From Felis catus (lineage: Eukaryota), in the NCBI RefSeq assembly GCF_018350175.1, contig NC_058368.1:108936001-109000000 (forward strand): a stretch of DNA of 64,000 bases, written 5' to 3'. This document shows, piece by piece, positions 1 through 12,785 of the stretch (within the stretch, counting starts at the first letter, position 1; every line of letters starts with the position of its first letter). Under the pieces are notes generated by a model, which saw nothing but the letters and a program-made list of their open reading frames with translations, was not told where the DNA came from and did not search any database. A program made the position numbers and the translations under genes.

Positions 1-600
1 GTGAAGAGAAATAAACCAGCCTAAGGGTATAGAAAATACTGGAATATAGTATTTTATAGAGAAAGAACATGAATGCCCTTTTTTGGTAAGTGACTTTTGA
101 GTACAGTCCTGAATGCAATAAAGAAAAGCATTTCAAGCACAAGGAATAATAAATATAAACTACCTAGGGATGAAGAATAGTTGATGTTTTTGAGGAATAG
201 TAAAGGACAGGTCATTGGAATGGACAAGGAAGGATGGAGGGGTTTAGTAGATGAAGAAGCCATATGCCAGAGCATGGAGGGCCTTGCAGTCTGAGGCAAG
301 GACTTCAGGATTTTGCTGTGAGGGAGACCATGGAGGATCACTTCTGGTTCCTCCGTGAAGAATAGACTATAGAGGCAGAAAGGTAGAGGAAAGCACTGCT
401 AAGGAACTATTGCATTTATTCAGGAGAGAGGTTATAGTAGTTTGGATGAGAGTGGTTATGGTTAAAGTAATAAGAAATGATTGCATTTGGTATACACATT
501 AAAGATAGAGGTGATAGTTAAGGGATTGCATGTGTATCACAAAAGGAGAAGAAAAGTTGAAGATGAATCAATGGCTTTTTGGTTGAACAGGTTGAATAGT
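1..600 (-). mobile_element. Old L2-like LINE fragment
   Basis: Purine-rich degenerate sequence with L2 3'-region-like phrases (gaatagactatagaggcag...gcatttattcaggagagag). Confidence 0.5.
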
Positions 601-696
601 GTGCACTGGGAATTGAATAAAAAATAATACTTATAATATATTGTGATACCTGGTACAAAGTGCTCAGTACTTAGTAGGCTTTAAAGACATTTGTCC

Positions 697-1653
697 TTGA
701 CATATCAGACAAAGGGCTAGTATCCAAAATCTATAAAGAACTCACCAAACTCCACACCCGAAAAACAAATAATCCCGTGAAGAAATGGGCAGAAAACATG
801 AATAGACACTTCTCTAAAGAAGACATCCAAATGGCTAACAGGCACATGAAAAGACGCTCAATGTCACTGGGAAATACAAATCAAAACCACACTGATACAA
901 AACCACAGTGATACACTGATACACTGGGAAATACAAATCAAAACCATACCACCTCACGCCAAAGTGGCTAAAATGAACAAATCAGGAGACTATAGATGCT
1001 GGCGAGGATGTGGAGAAACGGGAACCCTCTTGCACTGTTGGTGGGAATGCAAACTGGTGCAGCCGCTCTGGGAAACAGTGTGGAGGTTCCTCAAAAAATT
1101 AAAAATAGATCTACCCTATGACCCAGGAATAGCACTGCTAGGAATTTACCCAAGGGATACAGGAGTGCTGATGCATGGGAGCACTTGTACCCCAATGTTT
1201 ATAGCAGCACTTTCAACAATAGCCAAATTATGGAAAGAGCCTAAATGTCCATCAAGTGATGAATGGATAAAGAAACTGTGGTTTATATACACAATGGAAT
1301 ACTACTTGGCAATGAGAAAGAATGAACTATGGCCTTTTGTAGCAACGTGGATGGAACTGGAGAGTGTGATGCTAAGTGAAATAAGCCATACAGAGAAAGA
1401 CAGATACCATATGTTTTCACTCTTATGTGGATCCTGAGAAACTTAACAGAAGGCCATGGGAGAGGGTAAGGGGGAAAAAAAACTTACAGAGAGGGAAAAA
1501 TACTGAGAACAAACTGAGAGTTGATGGGTGGTTGGGGGGAGGGGAAAGTGGGTGATGAGCATCGAGGAAGGCACCTGTTGGAATGAGCACTGGGTGTTGT
1601 ATGGAAACCAATTTGACAATAAATTTCATTAAAAAAAACAAAGATGAAAAAAA
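697..1653 (+). mobile_element. Young 5'-truncated felid L1 (ORF2 C-terminus, 3' UTR, poly(A))
   Basis: ORF 964-1437 has the L1 ORF2 Cys-rich motif [13 protein letters not shown]...PMFIAAL...WKEPKCPS; G-rich 3' UTR, AATAAA and A tail. Confidence 0.95.
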
Positions 1654-1939
1654 ATACCTAGTATCCAGGCCCTAGCCTATGACCAATAGGATCTTTTGAA
1701 CTGAGGTCAGGTAAAGCTTTAACCTGTTAATGATAGGCTTTAGCATAAGACATTAAAGATCGACAGTAGCTGGCTATATTAGCAGGGGATAACAGAAGAC
1801 CAACAGAAGGTTGTATGACAACACACAATGGTCTAAGGGTGACTATCTCATATGGCGTGAATTTTATGTTTCCCAAAGAGGGTACTGTGAATATTCAGCA
1901 GAGCTAGAGATAATACTCAAGGCAGTATAGTATAGTTTT

Positions 1940-2234
1940 GATAGGGAAAAATCTGTTACAAGATGGCCAACAGGACTGCTAAGGGAATTCCAGTCCCTGC
2001 CTGAAGACTCCCCTTCCAGGATTTCCTTCCTACCCGCTTGCCACTGTCACTACTAATGAGGAATGCAGAAGTAACATACTATAAATTGTCCCCTCTGTTG
2101 ATGCTCTGGACTCAGACCTCTGGAAAATGATCTCCTCTTGGTGTGCACCAGTGTAAAATAAACCTCCTGCCTTCCAAGATCTCCGAGTGCTGCTTGGTTC
2201 TTCTGCTGGGTGATCCAGACCAGTTTCCATAACA
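1940..2234 (+). mobile_element. Solo LTR nested in the ERV (5' boundary uncertain, possibly ~1725)
   Basis: TATAAA ~2080, AATAAA ~2157, ends ATAACA; homologous in inverted orientation to 6798-7100. Confidence 0.75.
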
Positions 2235-2693
2235 GTTTCTTTCAGCAAGCTTAGAGATTTTAACTTTGAGGATCCTATTAGTTCTCTCAACCTCATCTGA
2301 TGTCTTAGGGTGCTAGGGACACTGATAATCCTAAAATGTTTGCAAGGCCATTATTAAGACTTGTAGGATTTGCCCTGTGAAGTGGGTGCCTAAATCACTG
2401 GAAATTATGTAAGGTATACTGCGAATGGAAACATGTTTTCTAATAGTTTCTTTACCACGTAAGGGCATCAACCTTACAGCTAGGGAAAGCTTCAACCCAT
2501 CCAGGATGATGAGGGAGTATAAGGCAAACTGACAGGCCACAAACACCCCTCTCCCACCCAACCAGATGGGATATGTGTGATATTCCTTGGGCACTCCTGG
2601 CTGCCCATGAACAAAGGAAAAGGGTAAAAACAAATGGTTAACTGATAGAGATCATAGTCCTGCAGGACCTAAGTCTCCATCACCTGTCCATAG

Positions 2694-3125
2694 TGATGTG
2701 GAAAACAAAGGCAGAAGGAAATGGCAGATAGAACTAAGTTTCCTTATAACCTGCAACCCATTGACAAATACATGAGGCAGGCAGAGTAAAAAGCCTCTCC
2801 GGGAACTCCTTACTGTCTTAATGCTAATGCTTTGGTAGAGGGAAAACAACCAGGCTTGACAATAGCTAGGTCTCCACTATCCTGTAAGTCTTCTTTAGCC
2901 TATGAAAATCTCACTGGAAACTTCCCCTGGAATTTACCTGCCCCAACCCCATAGTATGTAACCAGTCTCTCCTCATGGTCCAGGGGCAGTTTTTCTGCCC
3001 ACGGGTCCTGTCCCCATACTTTAATAAAATCACCTTTTTGCACCAAAGATGTCTTCAAGAATTCTTTCTTGGTCATTGGCTCCAGACCCCATGAACCCCA
3101 CTGTCACCCCCAAAAAGCCTCATCA
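2694..3125 (+). mobile_element. Solo LTR nested in ERV pol
   Basis: TGATG...CATCA inverted termini, internal AATAAA ~3023. Confidence 0.8.
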
Positions 3126-5467
3126 CAGGAGACATATATACAGTAACAAGAGCATACTGATAACCCATACCTGGGGGAAATGAATGAAGTCCAGGCTCAT
3201 GTGTTCCAAAGGTCCAGAGGGAGAAAGTTTGAGGGCTCTGGGAACATAAATAGTTTTTCTAAGATTACAGACTTGACAGGTCAGACATTGCTGATAGACT
3301 GTTTTTGAAATTTTATGGAAGTCTCCTCACCAATGTTTGTAATTTGAGTCATCATGGTTTCCCACCATGGGGGAAAAGAAATGCAACAACCAAACAATGG
3401 GATTTGCTCAGTAACTAGAAGAACCAACTTGGGTTTCTCATAGCCTTCACTGTTCATTGAATTTACAGCCCATTTAATCTTTCTAATTCAGGAACACACA
3501 ACTGCCGTGTCATAAGAACATGAGGCAAAAGAGGTCATTTTTTGCAGGAGCAGAATGACCTTCATCTACAGATGAATGTTTACAGATTCTGTTGCTTCTG
3601 ATTTGCATGAAACTCACCTAGAACATTACCTGATATTATGCTTCAGTCCTTTTGGTGTGAGCCTCAATTGTGATGACAGTAATTTCAGAAGGTAGAAGAA
3701 TAGCAGTTAGAAAACTGTTTTACTTGAATATTTTTTACTGGAGTCCCAGTGAATGTGAGAAAACCTTTTTGTTTCCATAACAATCCAAAATCATGAACGA
3801 CCCCAAAGGCACACTGGCTATCAATATAAACAATTTGGCATTTTGATATCTAGAATGTTCTGGTAAGGGTATGAAGTTCTGTTTTTTGGCATGAGTTAGC
3901 TTGTGGGTGATTTCTCTTTTCCAGTTGTTCATATTGGGTGGTAACAGCACAGTAGCCTGAAATTCCCTTTCTCATTTTTATGACATGATACATTAACACA
4001 CAAAATTAGATCAGGATTAAAGGTGTGTCTTATAAATAAGGATGAGGTGTTAAGAAATGGTATGTTAATTACCTCACAGTCATGGGGCTCAGCTTCATTA
4101 TGCAGGGGTGGTAATGTAGCAGGATTGAGAATGTTACAACATTTTACATGTAGATTAGGTGGTGAAAACAAAAAGATCTCATAAAAGATTAGTGGGCAGT
4201 GCATAGAAATACTGAGTTAATTCAGAGTTAAAAAGCTTCTGACAGCTGGTAGAGTTTGAAAACAAATGTCATTTCCTAAGGTTAGATCTGTGGAGCCTTC
4301 TACCAATTTTGCAGCTGCAGGTATAGCCTTAAGGCAGTAAGGACAGGCTCAAGCAACTCAATCAAGTTGAATGCTACAATAGGCAGTAGCTCTATGTTTA
4401 CTGCCATGTTTTTGTGTGAGCTAGGGGTCTTGATTATCTCTCCTGTACAAATAAGGTAAAAGGTTTTGAATAGACAGCCCTAGTGCAGGTGGCTCTTGTG
4501 GGGCTTGTTTTAATTTTATAAAGGCCTATTCATATTTATCGTCCCAGGAAAGGATGTGAAGACTGAAATTTTAGTAAGCGCACAAAGTAGGAAACAAATA
4601 AGGAAAAGTTAGAAACCCATTGTCTGTAATAACCAGGTAGACCTAAAAATCCACAAAGTTTGGGATCTAGGAAACTCCTAGCTTGGCTTAATTCTTCTTG
4701 AAGATAGCTAGAATCCTTTAGCACTTAGATTATGACCTAGGTAACTGTTTTTTAGCTGTTACAGCAATTAAATGGAATCTTTTATGGAAGCCCTTTTCGT
4801 AACTGACCACAAGAAGTCATCCACATATTGTAAAAGGGTCAATTCCCAGTGAATTGGAGTGTACTTAAATTTTGGTGGAGCACTTAGGAGAAATAAGAAA
4901 GGGCCTCCATGAACCCTCAAGGCATAACTGTCCAAGTATACTGTTGACTGTTCCAAGTAAAACCAAATAGATACTGCCTATTGGAATCTACAGGAATGCT
5001 TAAAATGGTCTCCAAGAATAAACAATTTTGACTCTGGTGGAATTTGTGACAAAAGAATATTCAGGTTTGGAACAACCAGGAAACAGGAAATAACTACCTT
5101 GTTTATAGCTCTTAAGTCCTGGACAAATTGCCATTCCCTCCCACTATGTTTGTGGAAGACCCCCCCCCAAAAAAAAAAAAGAGTATTAGAGGAGCTAGTA
5201 CAGGGAATGATTAACCCCTGGATAATTAGGTCTTCTATTAGTGGTGTGATACCTTGTATGGCCTCAAGCTTTAACACCTATTGGGGCAATTTAGGAAGAG
5301 GTTAGGTTTTGTCTATTTGAATGTTTATATGCTCTACACTTTTTATTCTCCCATTGTCAGTAATCAAAGTAGCCCAATGAATGCCAGGCACCTCAATTAA
5401 ATTAGGAAACTTCTGCTGGAATCCATCTTCTGTATCAAGGACAGATTGTAAAGAACATTAAAGATCT

Positions 5468-5645
5468 GGGGCATGTGGGGGCATTAGGCTCTTGATTTTG
5501 GCTCAGGTCATGATCTCATGGTTCATGGGTTCAAGCCCCATGCTGGGCTCTGTACTGACAATGCAGAGCCTGCTTGGGATTCTCTGTCTCCCTCTCTCTC
5601 TCTGTCCCTCCTTCCCATGCAAAAAGTAAATATTAAAAAAAAGAA
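5468..5645 (+). mobile_element. CAN-SINE in the ERV
   Basis: tRNA-derived head, (CT)n, A tail; TSD AAGAACATTAAA. Confidence 0.85.
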
Positions 5646-6797
5646 GAACATTAAAAATCAGATTCAGGTTAGTAAGGGAACTCTAAGGTGAAGTCACCAT
5701 TGGAGGCAAACTGTATTCACATTTGAATTTAGAAAGGAGATCTCTAGCTAATAGACTGACCAAGGCTATCCTGTATCACAGGGGAGAAAGAAATGTTTTT
5801 CAATGAAAGGGGCCAGAGTCATTTGTACTTGTTGAGATATAAATTCTCTCTGAACTTTATTAGATACCCCCTAGTATGGAAACTTCTCTTTCACTCCAAG
5901 GGAATTGTTGTCCTAGGAGAATGGGGTTTAAAGTAGAAAACATAGCTCTCATATTCACCATTCTCCTTGGCTATTTAAGGATATTACTGGTAGTAGTTTA
6001 CTGGAAGGTCCCTGTCAATTTTGGGAGGAACCCATATAGGTATCTGATTATTAATAAACTTGTATAGGACCTTATAGGACAATTTTTTCGCCAGTGCCCT
6101 AATTAATTACAAGTGAGACATCAGCTCCTGGGCCAGCTTATTGATAATGGACTCCCAGGGGGATGCAACATGGGTGGCTCAGTGTTAACTGAGGTCTCTG
6201 GCCTAGGAGAAGTTGTAGTTGTAAGGCCATTAGTTTATGACCTTGGTCCAAAGACTTTCAAAGTTTTCAGTATGGTCATGAGTTCAAAATAGGCCTCCTA
6301 TCCTATTTTGTCTTTTTATTAATCCACAAATGTCAGGGGATAATCCATTTACAAATAAGGCAGCTAGAGAGATTGGGTAGACTTATTAATTGTATTGAAC
6401 AGAACGCCATTGGAAGAATGCTTTCAAATGGACCTTGAAGTCTGCAAAAGATCTTTCTTTTATTTGCATTCTTGAATAATAGACCAATCAGTGCAAGCAG
6501 GGAAAACTCTGGGAATGGCTTGTAAAAGTTCAGTTGCTATTTTGTGAGTCCTTTTTGGTTGAGGATCCTGAATATCATCTTTGAGGGTTTGCCATCTTGC
6601 TTCCTGCATCCATTTTTGGGCTTCCCCAGGTTCAACCAACATGTACATAAGCTGATAAAGATCTGGCAGCTCGGGATCACAGGCCTTGTTAGAAGGTGAG
6701 AGAAGGACAGTAAAGCATCCCCCAAAGTGAGAAGGCACTTTGAGACTGGAAAACAAAGCAAGCCACTCCATATAGTTTACACAGTTTTATTCGGGGT

Positions 6798-7212
6798 TGT
6801 TATGGAACCTGGTCTGGATCATCTGGCAGAAGAACCAAGTGGCACTTGGAGATCTTGGAAGGCAGGAGGTTTATTTCACACTGGCGGGCTCAGAGGAGAT
6901 TGCTCTCCAGAGGTCTGAACCCCGAGTACAAGCATGAGGGACAATTTATAGTCTGTTACTTCCACATCAGAAGTAATTTGATGCACGTGGCAAGTGGCGT
7001 AGGGAGAAGAACCCAGAAGTGGAGTCTTGGGGTGGCAACTGGAATTCCCCTATCAGTCTTGTCAGCCATCTTATAACATAATTTTTCCTTATCAGGGTAA
7101 CTTACCGACAGGGGGAACTGAGCAGATGACAATCCAGCTGTGCAGTTATTCTCTGCAGGGTCTTAACCTTAGTCCACAGATTTTACAGAGGAAGAGGATG
7201 CACAGAATAACA
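6798..7212 (-). mobile_element. Solo LTR nested in ERV gag, same family as 1940-2234
   Basis: Starts TGTTATGG on + strand; reverse complement aligns with 1940-2234 (ORF-track peptides ETGLDHPAEEPS / EPGLDHLAEEPS). Confidence 0.75.
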
Positions 7213-7269
7213 ACGTAGTGAGATCAAAACACCTCAGAGAGTTTGCACACACCTAACTGACAGCTAACC

Positions 7270-7468
7270 TTTTTTAAATAAATGTTTATTTTCAAGAGAG
7301 AGAGTGAGAGAATGCAAGCAGGGGAGGGGCAGAGAAAAGGGCACAGAGCATCCAAAGCTGCCTCTGCACTGGCAGCAGTGAGCGTGATGTGGGGCTTGAA
7401 CTCACTAACAGTGAGAACATGACCTGAGCCAAAGTCAGATGCTCAACCAACTGAGCCACCCAGGCACC
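7270..7468 (-). mobile_element. CAN-SINE
   Basis: ...caactgagccacccaggcacc head on minus strand. Confidence 0.85.
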
Positions 7469-7865
7469 TCAGATTAACCCTTAATTACATCTTATGGCAC
7501 CACCTCTTCATCAAGAAGGGGAAAGACTGTATTATCTCTAACAGATTCATGGGAGGCCAAAACAAGCCTCCCCATATCCTAGCCTTGGTGGGCATTTCTA
7601 ACATATGTATATTAACTTCCAAGGGACCAAGAGCCCATAGCCCTAAGAGAGGTCATCAAGTGAACCAAACAAAATGGAGGGCCAAAGAATGAGTCAGTAT
7701 TGTCAGCACTTCTAGAAGCCTCAATGAAAACTATAAATTCTTCAAAAAATTTTTGTGCTTCCTCTATAAGTTTAAAAATTCTTTAACTATGGCTCTTAGT
7801 TCTGTCTTTCACCAAGAGATGAAAGAGGTAACTGAGGGGGTTGATATGTACCTTGAGATAATTTA

Positions 7866-8084
7866 ATTTAATTTTTTAATTAAGTTTATTTATTTGTTTT
7901 GAGAGACAGATACAGTGTGAGTGGGGGAGGGCAGAAAGAGAAAGGGAGAGAGAGAATCCCAAGGAGGGTCCAAACTGCCAGCACAGAGCCCTAAGTAGGC
8001 CTCAAACTAGGGAAACTGCAAGATCATGACCTGAGCTGAAACCAAGAGTTGGACACTTAACCGACTGAGCCACCCAGGTGCCCC
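7866..8084 (-). mobile_element. CAN-SINE
   Basis: ccgactgagccacccaggtgcccc; approximate TSD gagrtaayttaattt. Confidence 0.85.
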
Positions 8085-8117
8085 AGAGGTAACTTAATTT
8101 TAAAAGGCAACTGTTCA

Positions 8118-8315
8118 GGGGCACCTGGGTGGCTCAATCCATTAAGCATCTGATTCTTGGTTTCAGCTCAGGTCATCTCATGGTTTGTGGGTTTGAGCCC
8201 TGCAATGGGCTCTGTGCTGGCAGCAGAGAGCCTGCCCTCCCCTCCTCATGCTCCCTCTCTCAAAAATAAATAAACATTAAAAAATTTTTTTAAATAAAAA
8301 TATAAAAATAAATAA
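8118..8315 (+). mobile_element. CAN-SINE
   Basis: ggggcacctgggtggctca; TSD AAAAGGYAACTGTT. Confidence 0.85.
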
Positions 8316-9549
8316 AAGGTAACTGTTTAACAGTTTCTCAAGGGTAGAAATTCAGTTCAGAGAGAAAATTAGTAAAATGTGAGTACTCAGGTAAAGAAAA
8401 ATAGAGAAGAGCAGCGGTAGTCACATCAATCATATCATACTTTATTTTAGGTTCCTCTTGTGTTTTTAATTATTCATTAGCCTTCTGTAATGAATCTCTG
8501 CATGAAGCTATTTTAGAACCTTAGAGCCTTTTGGAAGTTTCTGCATTCTAATTAAAAGATGTATTCCATTCCATTCATTTAATTCAGGAATCCTTACTTT
8601 CAAGTGCACTTCTGAAGTGAACCATCTCGTCACAACTGGAATGTTCCCCATAATGGCCACTGTAATTCTAGGCTGTTTTTGGTAAAATGTTGCCATTCTT
8701 GTAAATATTCACAGCTCCTGGTACCACAGATTTTAGACATAAAATAATCATGTGTGCTGGAAGGTGATGCACCTGACTCTAGAATTTAAGGATCCCATTA
8801 GCTAAGCCTTTGGGTCTCTGGGAGCTGAACTAATACCTAAAAGGGATATGGTGCTGAGTTCGGGATTGTGCATGTTTTACAGCGTGCCTCACTGCACAGA
8901 CATTTTCTTGAGGCAAGTGACTTACCAGCAACCTAACCAGTTCTGTAGCCAGCTTATCCTAACATGGTAGTCTTTTGTTAGGAATGCTTGCTTCCTTGCT
9001 TCCCAACAGCTCTTAAATGCTTGACCCTTGCCCAGCAACTTTTACAGCTTTTTGGCCTCCAAGATCCCAGCTAGCAATAGTCTTTATTTACAAAAAACAA
9101 GACAAATAAACATGCACTTGAGCACATCAGGACTAACCAAAATATGTCACTGTGGACTGGCCAAAAGAAGTCCCCATGTGCACCACAAGCAATTCCATGC
9201 ATGGACTAAGCTAGCAAACCCCAATAAATGAGGACTGCAAATGGGAAATGGGAAAGGATTCTAATGTGGAATTGCAGACTAAACCAAGGGCTATAGACTA
9301 GTGCTCCATCAGAGCCTCCTGTGTCAGGCTACAATGACTCATTAACCCTGGACTGGAAAACCAATTAGAACAGTAACTCAAACACAAAACAGAATGCAGC
9401 TAAAACCAAGAGGGACTTACCAACAGCCCTCAGAAATGACGAGATAGACTATGAACTAAAAAGAGTTCTCAGAGTGCCATGCCTATGTTTCTCCTTGTCT
9501 CCAAATGCCGTCAGAAGTTCACTTGGTATCCTGATGTTGTCACCAAATC

Positions 9550-9937
9550 TGTTAAGAAACAAAATTTTATCAAGAAATTTGAAGATCTAATTGGCTTTTT
9601 TAAATGACTCATGAATCAGGCTGCATTCCATCTAGCAAGCAGAGGGGAATTCCACCCAAGTTAAATAAAAGGAAGGTTTCTAAAAGCAAAGACCAGGCAT
9701 ATAAAAAGGAATTTATTAGCCAGGAATGCACTGTTTAAGCAAGGTCACCTCTCTAAGGGGAATGGAATGGGGTTTTCAGTAAATTTCCTAATACTGCCCA
9801 GGATATTCCATTGAGTGATTCAAGGTTAAATTCTCAAAAGCCTATAACTAGGTCAGTTAGATATTAAGTCTTGTTTTGTTGACATGGGGCCTTAGCCTAA
9901 GTAACTCCATCATGGGCCTATGATTTTCTCTTTAACA
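9550..9937 (-). mobile_element. 5' LTR of the ERV
   Basis: Inverted termini TGTTAA...TTAACA, followed on the minus strand by a PBS-like TGGTGACAACATCAGGAT (~9528-9545). Confidence 0.8.
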
Positions 9938-9939
9938 AT

Positions 9940-11685
9940 ATGTATGAATATCTCACAACTTAGCATCATATTTAATGATGAAGGACAGAATGCTTCCCTG
10001 CTAAGACCAGGAACAGTAGAAGGATGTCTACTCTTACCACTTCTGTTTAACACTATACTGGAAATTCTAGCCAAAACAGTAAGATAATTTTTAAAACTTA
10101 TAAAGGAAAACATAAAACTGTGATTTACAGACTACAAATAGGAAATCCAAGGAATTCACAAGAAAACTATTAGAACTGGTCAAAAAGTTTAGCAAATTCA
10201 CAGGAGAGGAGATCAATACACAAAAATCAACTGTATTTATATAAACTAACAACAAACATTTCAAAAATGAAACCAAGAAAACAACTCAATTAACAACAGC
10301 ATCAAGAAGAATATAGCAACACTTTTCTAGCTATGCTTCTGTGTCAAGAGAAACAACAGAAAAATAAACTATTGGGACTACATCAAATAAAAGCCTTCTG
10401 CACAGGGAAGGAAACAATCAACAAAACAAAAAGATAAGCTACTCAGTGACAGAAAGTATTTACAAATGACATATCTGATAAATGTTTAGTATCCAAAATC
10501 CATAAAGAACTTACACAACTCAACACACACACAAAAAAATAATCCAATTAAAAAGTGGGCAGGAGACATGAACAGACAATTTATCCAAAGGAGACATACA
10601 GACGTATGAACGGATGCTCACCATCACTCAACATCAAAGAAAGGTGAATCAAAACCACAATGAGGTATCACCTCACACCTGTCAGAATGGCTAAACTCAA
10701 AAACACAAGAAACAACAAGTGTTGGTGACAATGAAGAGGAAAAGAAAAGAAACCTTCTTGCCACTTGGTGGAAATGCAAACTTGTGCAGCCACTGTAAAA
10801 ACTAGTATGGAAGCTCCTCAAAAAATTTTAAAAGAGGTTAAAAAAATATACTGGGTACTTGCAAAGAATACAAAAACACTAATTTGAAAAGATATATGCA
10901 CCCCTATATTTATTGAAGCATTATTTACCATAGCCAAAATATGGAGGCAACCCAAGTGTCCATTCATGGATGAATGGATAAAGAAAATGCAGTGTATGTG
11001 CACACACACAGGCGTGATGAATATTATGCTATGTGCAAAAACATAGATGGATCTAGAGGGTATAATGCTAAGTGAAATAAGTCAGAGGAAGACAAATCAT
11101 CTAACTCAGATGTGCAATTTAAGAAACAAAACAAATGATCAAAGAAAAAAAGAAACAAACCAAAAAACAGACTCTTGACTATAGAGAATAAACTGGTGGT
11201 TACTAGAGGGCAAGTGGATGGGGGGAATGGGTGAAACAGGCTGAATAGGATGAAGAATACACTTATCATGACAAGCACAGAATATTTTATAGAACTGCTG
11301 AATCACTATATTGTACACCTGAAACTAATATAATGCTGCCTGTTAATTCCACTGGAAATTTGAATAAATATATACACATTTAAAAGAATACAATACATAG
11401 AAACATTTAACAAAAGCATAAGACTTCTATATTGAAAACTACAAAATAATGCTGACAGAAATTTTTAAAACTCTAAGTGAAAAGAAAACATTTTGTTTTT
11501 GTGGGCTAGAAGACTTAATATTAAGTTGGCAAATTGATTTAGAAATTCAATACAATCTCTATCAAAATCTCAGATGGCATTTTTGCAGAAAGTGACAAGC
11601 TGATTCTAAAACTCATATGGAAATGCAAGGACCCAGAATAGCCAAACAAGCTTTAAAAAGAACAAAGATGAAGGACTTATATTAT
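9940..11685 (+). mobile_element. Old L1 ORF2 fragments with a nested carnivore L1 3' end (~10320-11370)
   Basis: L1 RT-region phrases (aaggatgtctactcttaccacttctgtttaacac...gaaattctagcc), L1 3' UTR, then old ORF2 resumes. Confidence 0.8.
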
Positions 11686-12329
11686 GTGAAATACCAGGAA
11701 AGTCTTCCCTAAAGGATATCTATGCTTAGTCCACTGAAAGAAATGGGCAGGACACTCATTTCCCTATTAGTAACTTGAAGTCAGGCTGATGACACCATCC
11801 TTACTCCCCCAGCACCAAGAAATACTTCAGTAATAACATGTGACCAAGGAGTAAGGTGCCATCTCTCGAGGTGATGCTATAAATCAACCAGAAATCTATA
11901 GTCATTATAATTCTCTCCCTTGACCTGACCAATTAGAGAAAACTCAATCATCTGCTTAGTCCTTTTGTTTACAAATTCTTTCAACTGTTCTATCTAAGCA
12001 ATAGGCTATTTGTTATAATAACAAAATTATGGAATTGACATAGTGTCCAATTTCTATAGCTATGGAAATTAGTCCACAGTGTCATTAAGTTAACTTGCCC
12101 TACATCACCCAGTAAACAGTAACTTGTTGTGTACTAAGGATAAGAAGAGCTTAAAAAGTGAATAATCAAGTTCTAAGTCAGTATCAACTAGTTCTGATAC
12201 AGCATTCAATTAAACACTATAGAGGATAAAACAAGTATTTCCCTACTGTTGGGAAGAAATCAATGCTCTAAAATTTTAAGGGATATATGCAAGTATAGTC
12301 ATTTGATGATGATTTACTGGTGGCTACAT

Positions 12330-12540
12330 CCTGGGTGGCTCAGTAGGTTGAGCGTCCAACTTCGGCTCAGGTCATGATCTCACAGTTTGTGGGTTCGTGC
12401 CCCACATCAGGCTCTGTGCTGATAGCCTGGACTGCTTCGGATTCTGTGTCTCCTTCTCTCTCTGCCCCTCCCCCGTTCATGTTTTGTCTCACTCTGTTTC
12501 TCAAAAATAAATAAATGTAAAAAAATTTTTTTTAAAAAAA
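12330..12540 (+). mobile_element. CAN-SINE
   Basis: ctgggtggctcagtaggttgagcgtcc...A tail. Confidence 0.88.
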
Positions 12541-12589
12541 CACAAAAAACAAAACTGGAATACAATGTGAAAAAAGAGAAAATTTAAAA

Positions 12590-12785
12590 AGAGGTTAGAG
12601 TGGGAGAGAGCCAAAGCATAAGAGACTCTTAAAAACTGAGAACAAACTGAGGGTTGATGGGGGGTGGGAGGGAGGGGAGGGTGGGTGATGGGTATTGAGG
12701 AGGGCACCTTTTGGTATGAGCACTGGGTGTTGTATGGAAACCAATTTGACAATAAGTTTCATATATTGAAAAAAAAGAGAAAATT
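12590..12785 (+). mobile_element. Short felid L1 3' UTR insertion
   Basis: Matches the 3' end of the other young L1s; flanked by the AAAAAAGAGAAAATT duplication. Confidence 0.85.

Larger units (their letters stand above)
1655..9937 (-). mobile_element. Decayed class I (gamma-like, ERV1) endogenous retrovirus: 5' LTR-PBS-gag-pro-pol, 3' end missing
   Basis: Gag CA-like 6460-6771; zinc knuckle CLTCN*LGHWRKNC ~6077-6120; protease LARDLL ~5730-5755; RT WQFVQDLRAIN, YVDD (4816-4827), GFLGLPGYYRQW; integrase SSDLGTHFTG ~2375-2405; many stops and frameshifts. Confidence 0.9.

Noticed and set aside
860..955. CRISPR-like repeat-spacer array
   Set aside because: Eukaryotic L1 context; irregular fragments with no constant repeat or spacer length
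964..1437. 157-aa ORF as a host gene
   Set aside because: It is the C-terminus of L1 ORF2 in a 5'-truncated copy
2331..6771. Functional or domesticated retroviral gag/pol
   Set aside because: Broken by stops (including in the zinc knuckle), frameshifts and nested insertions
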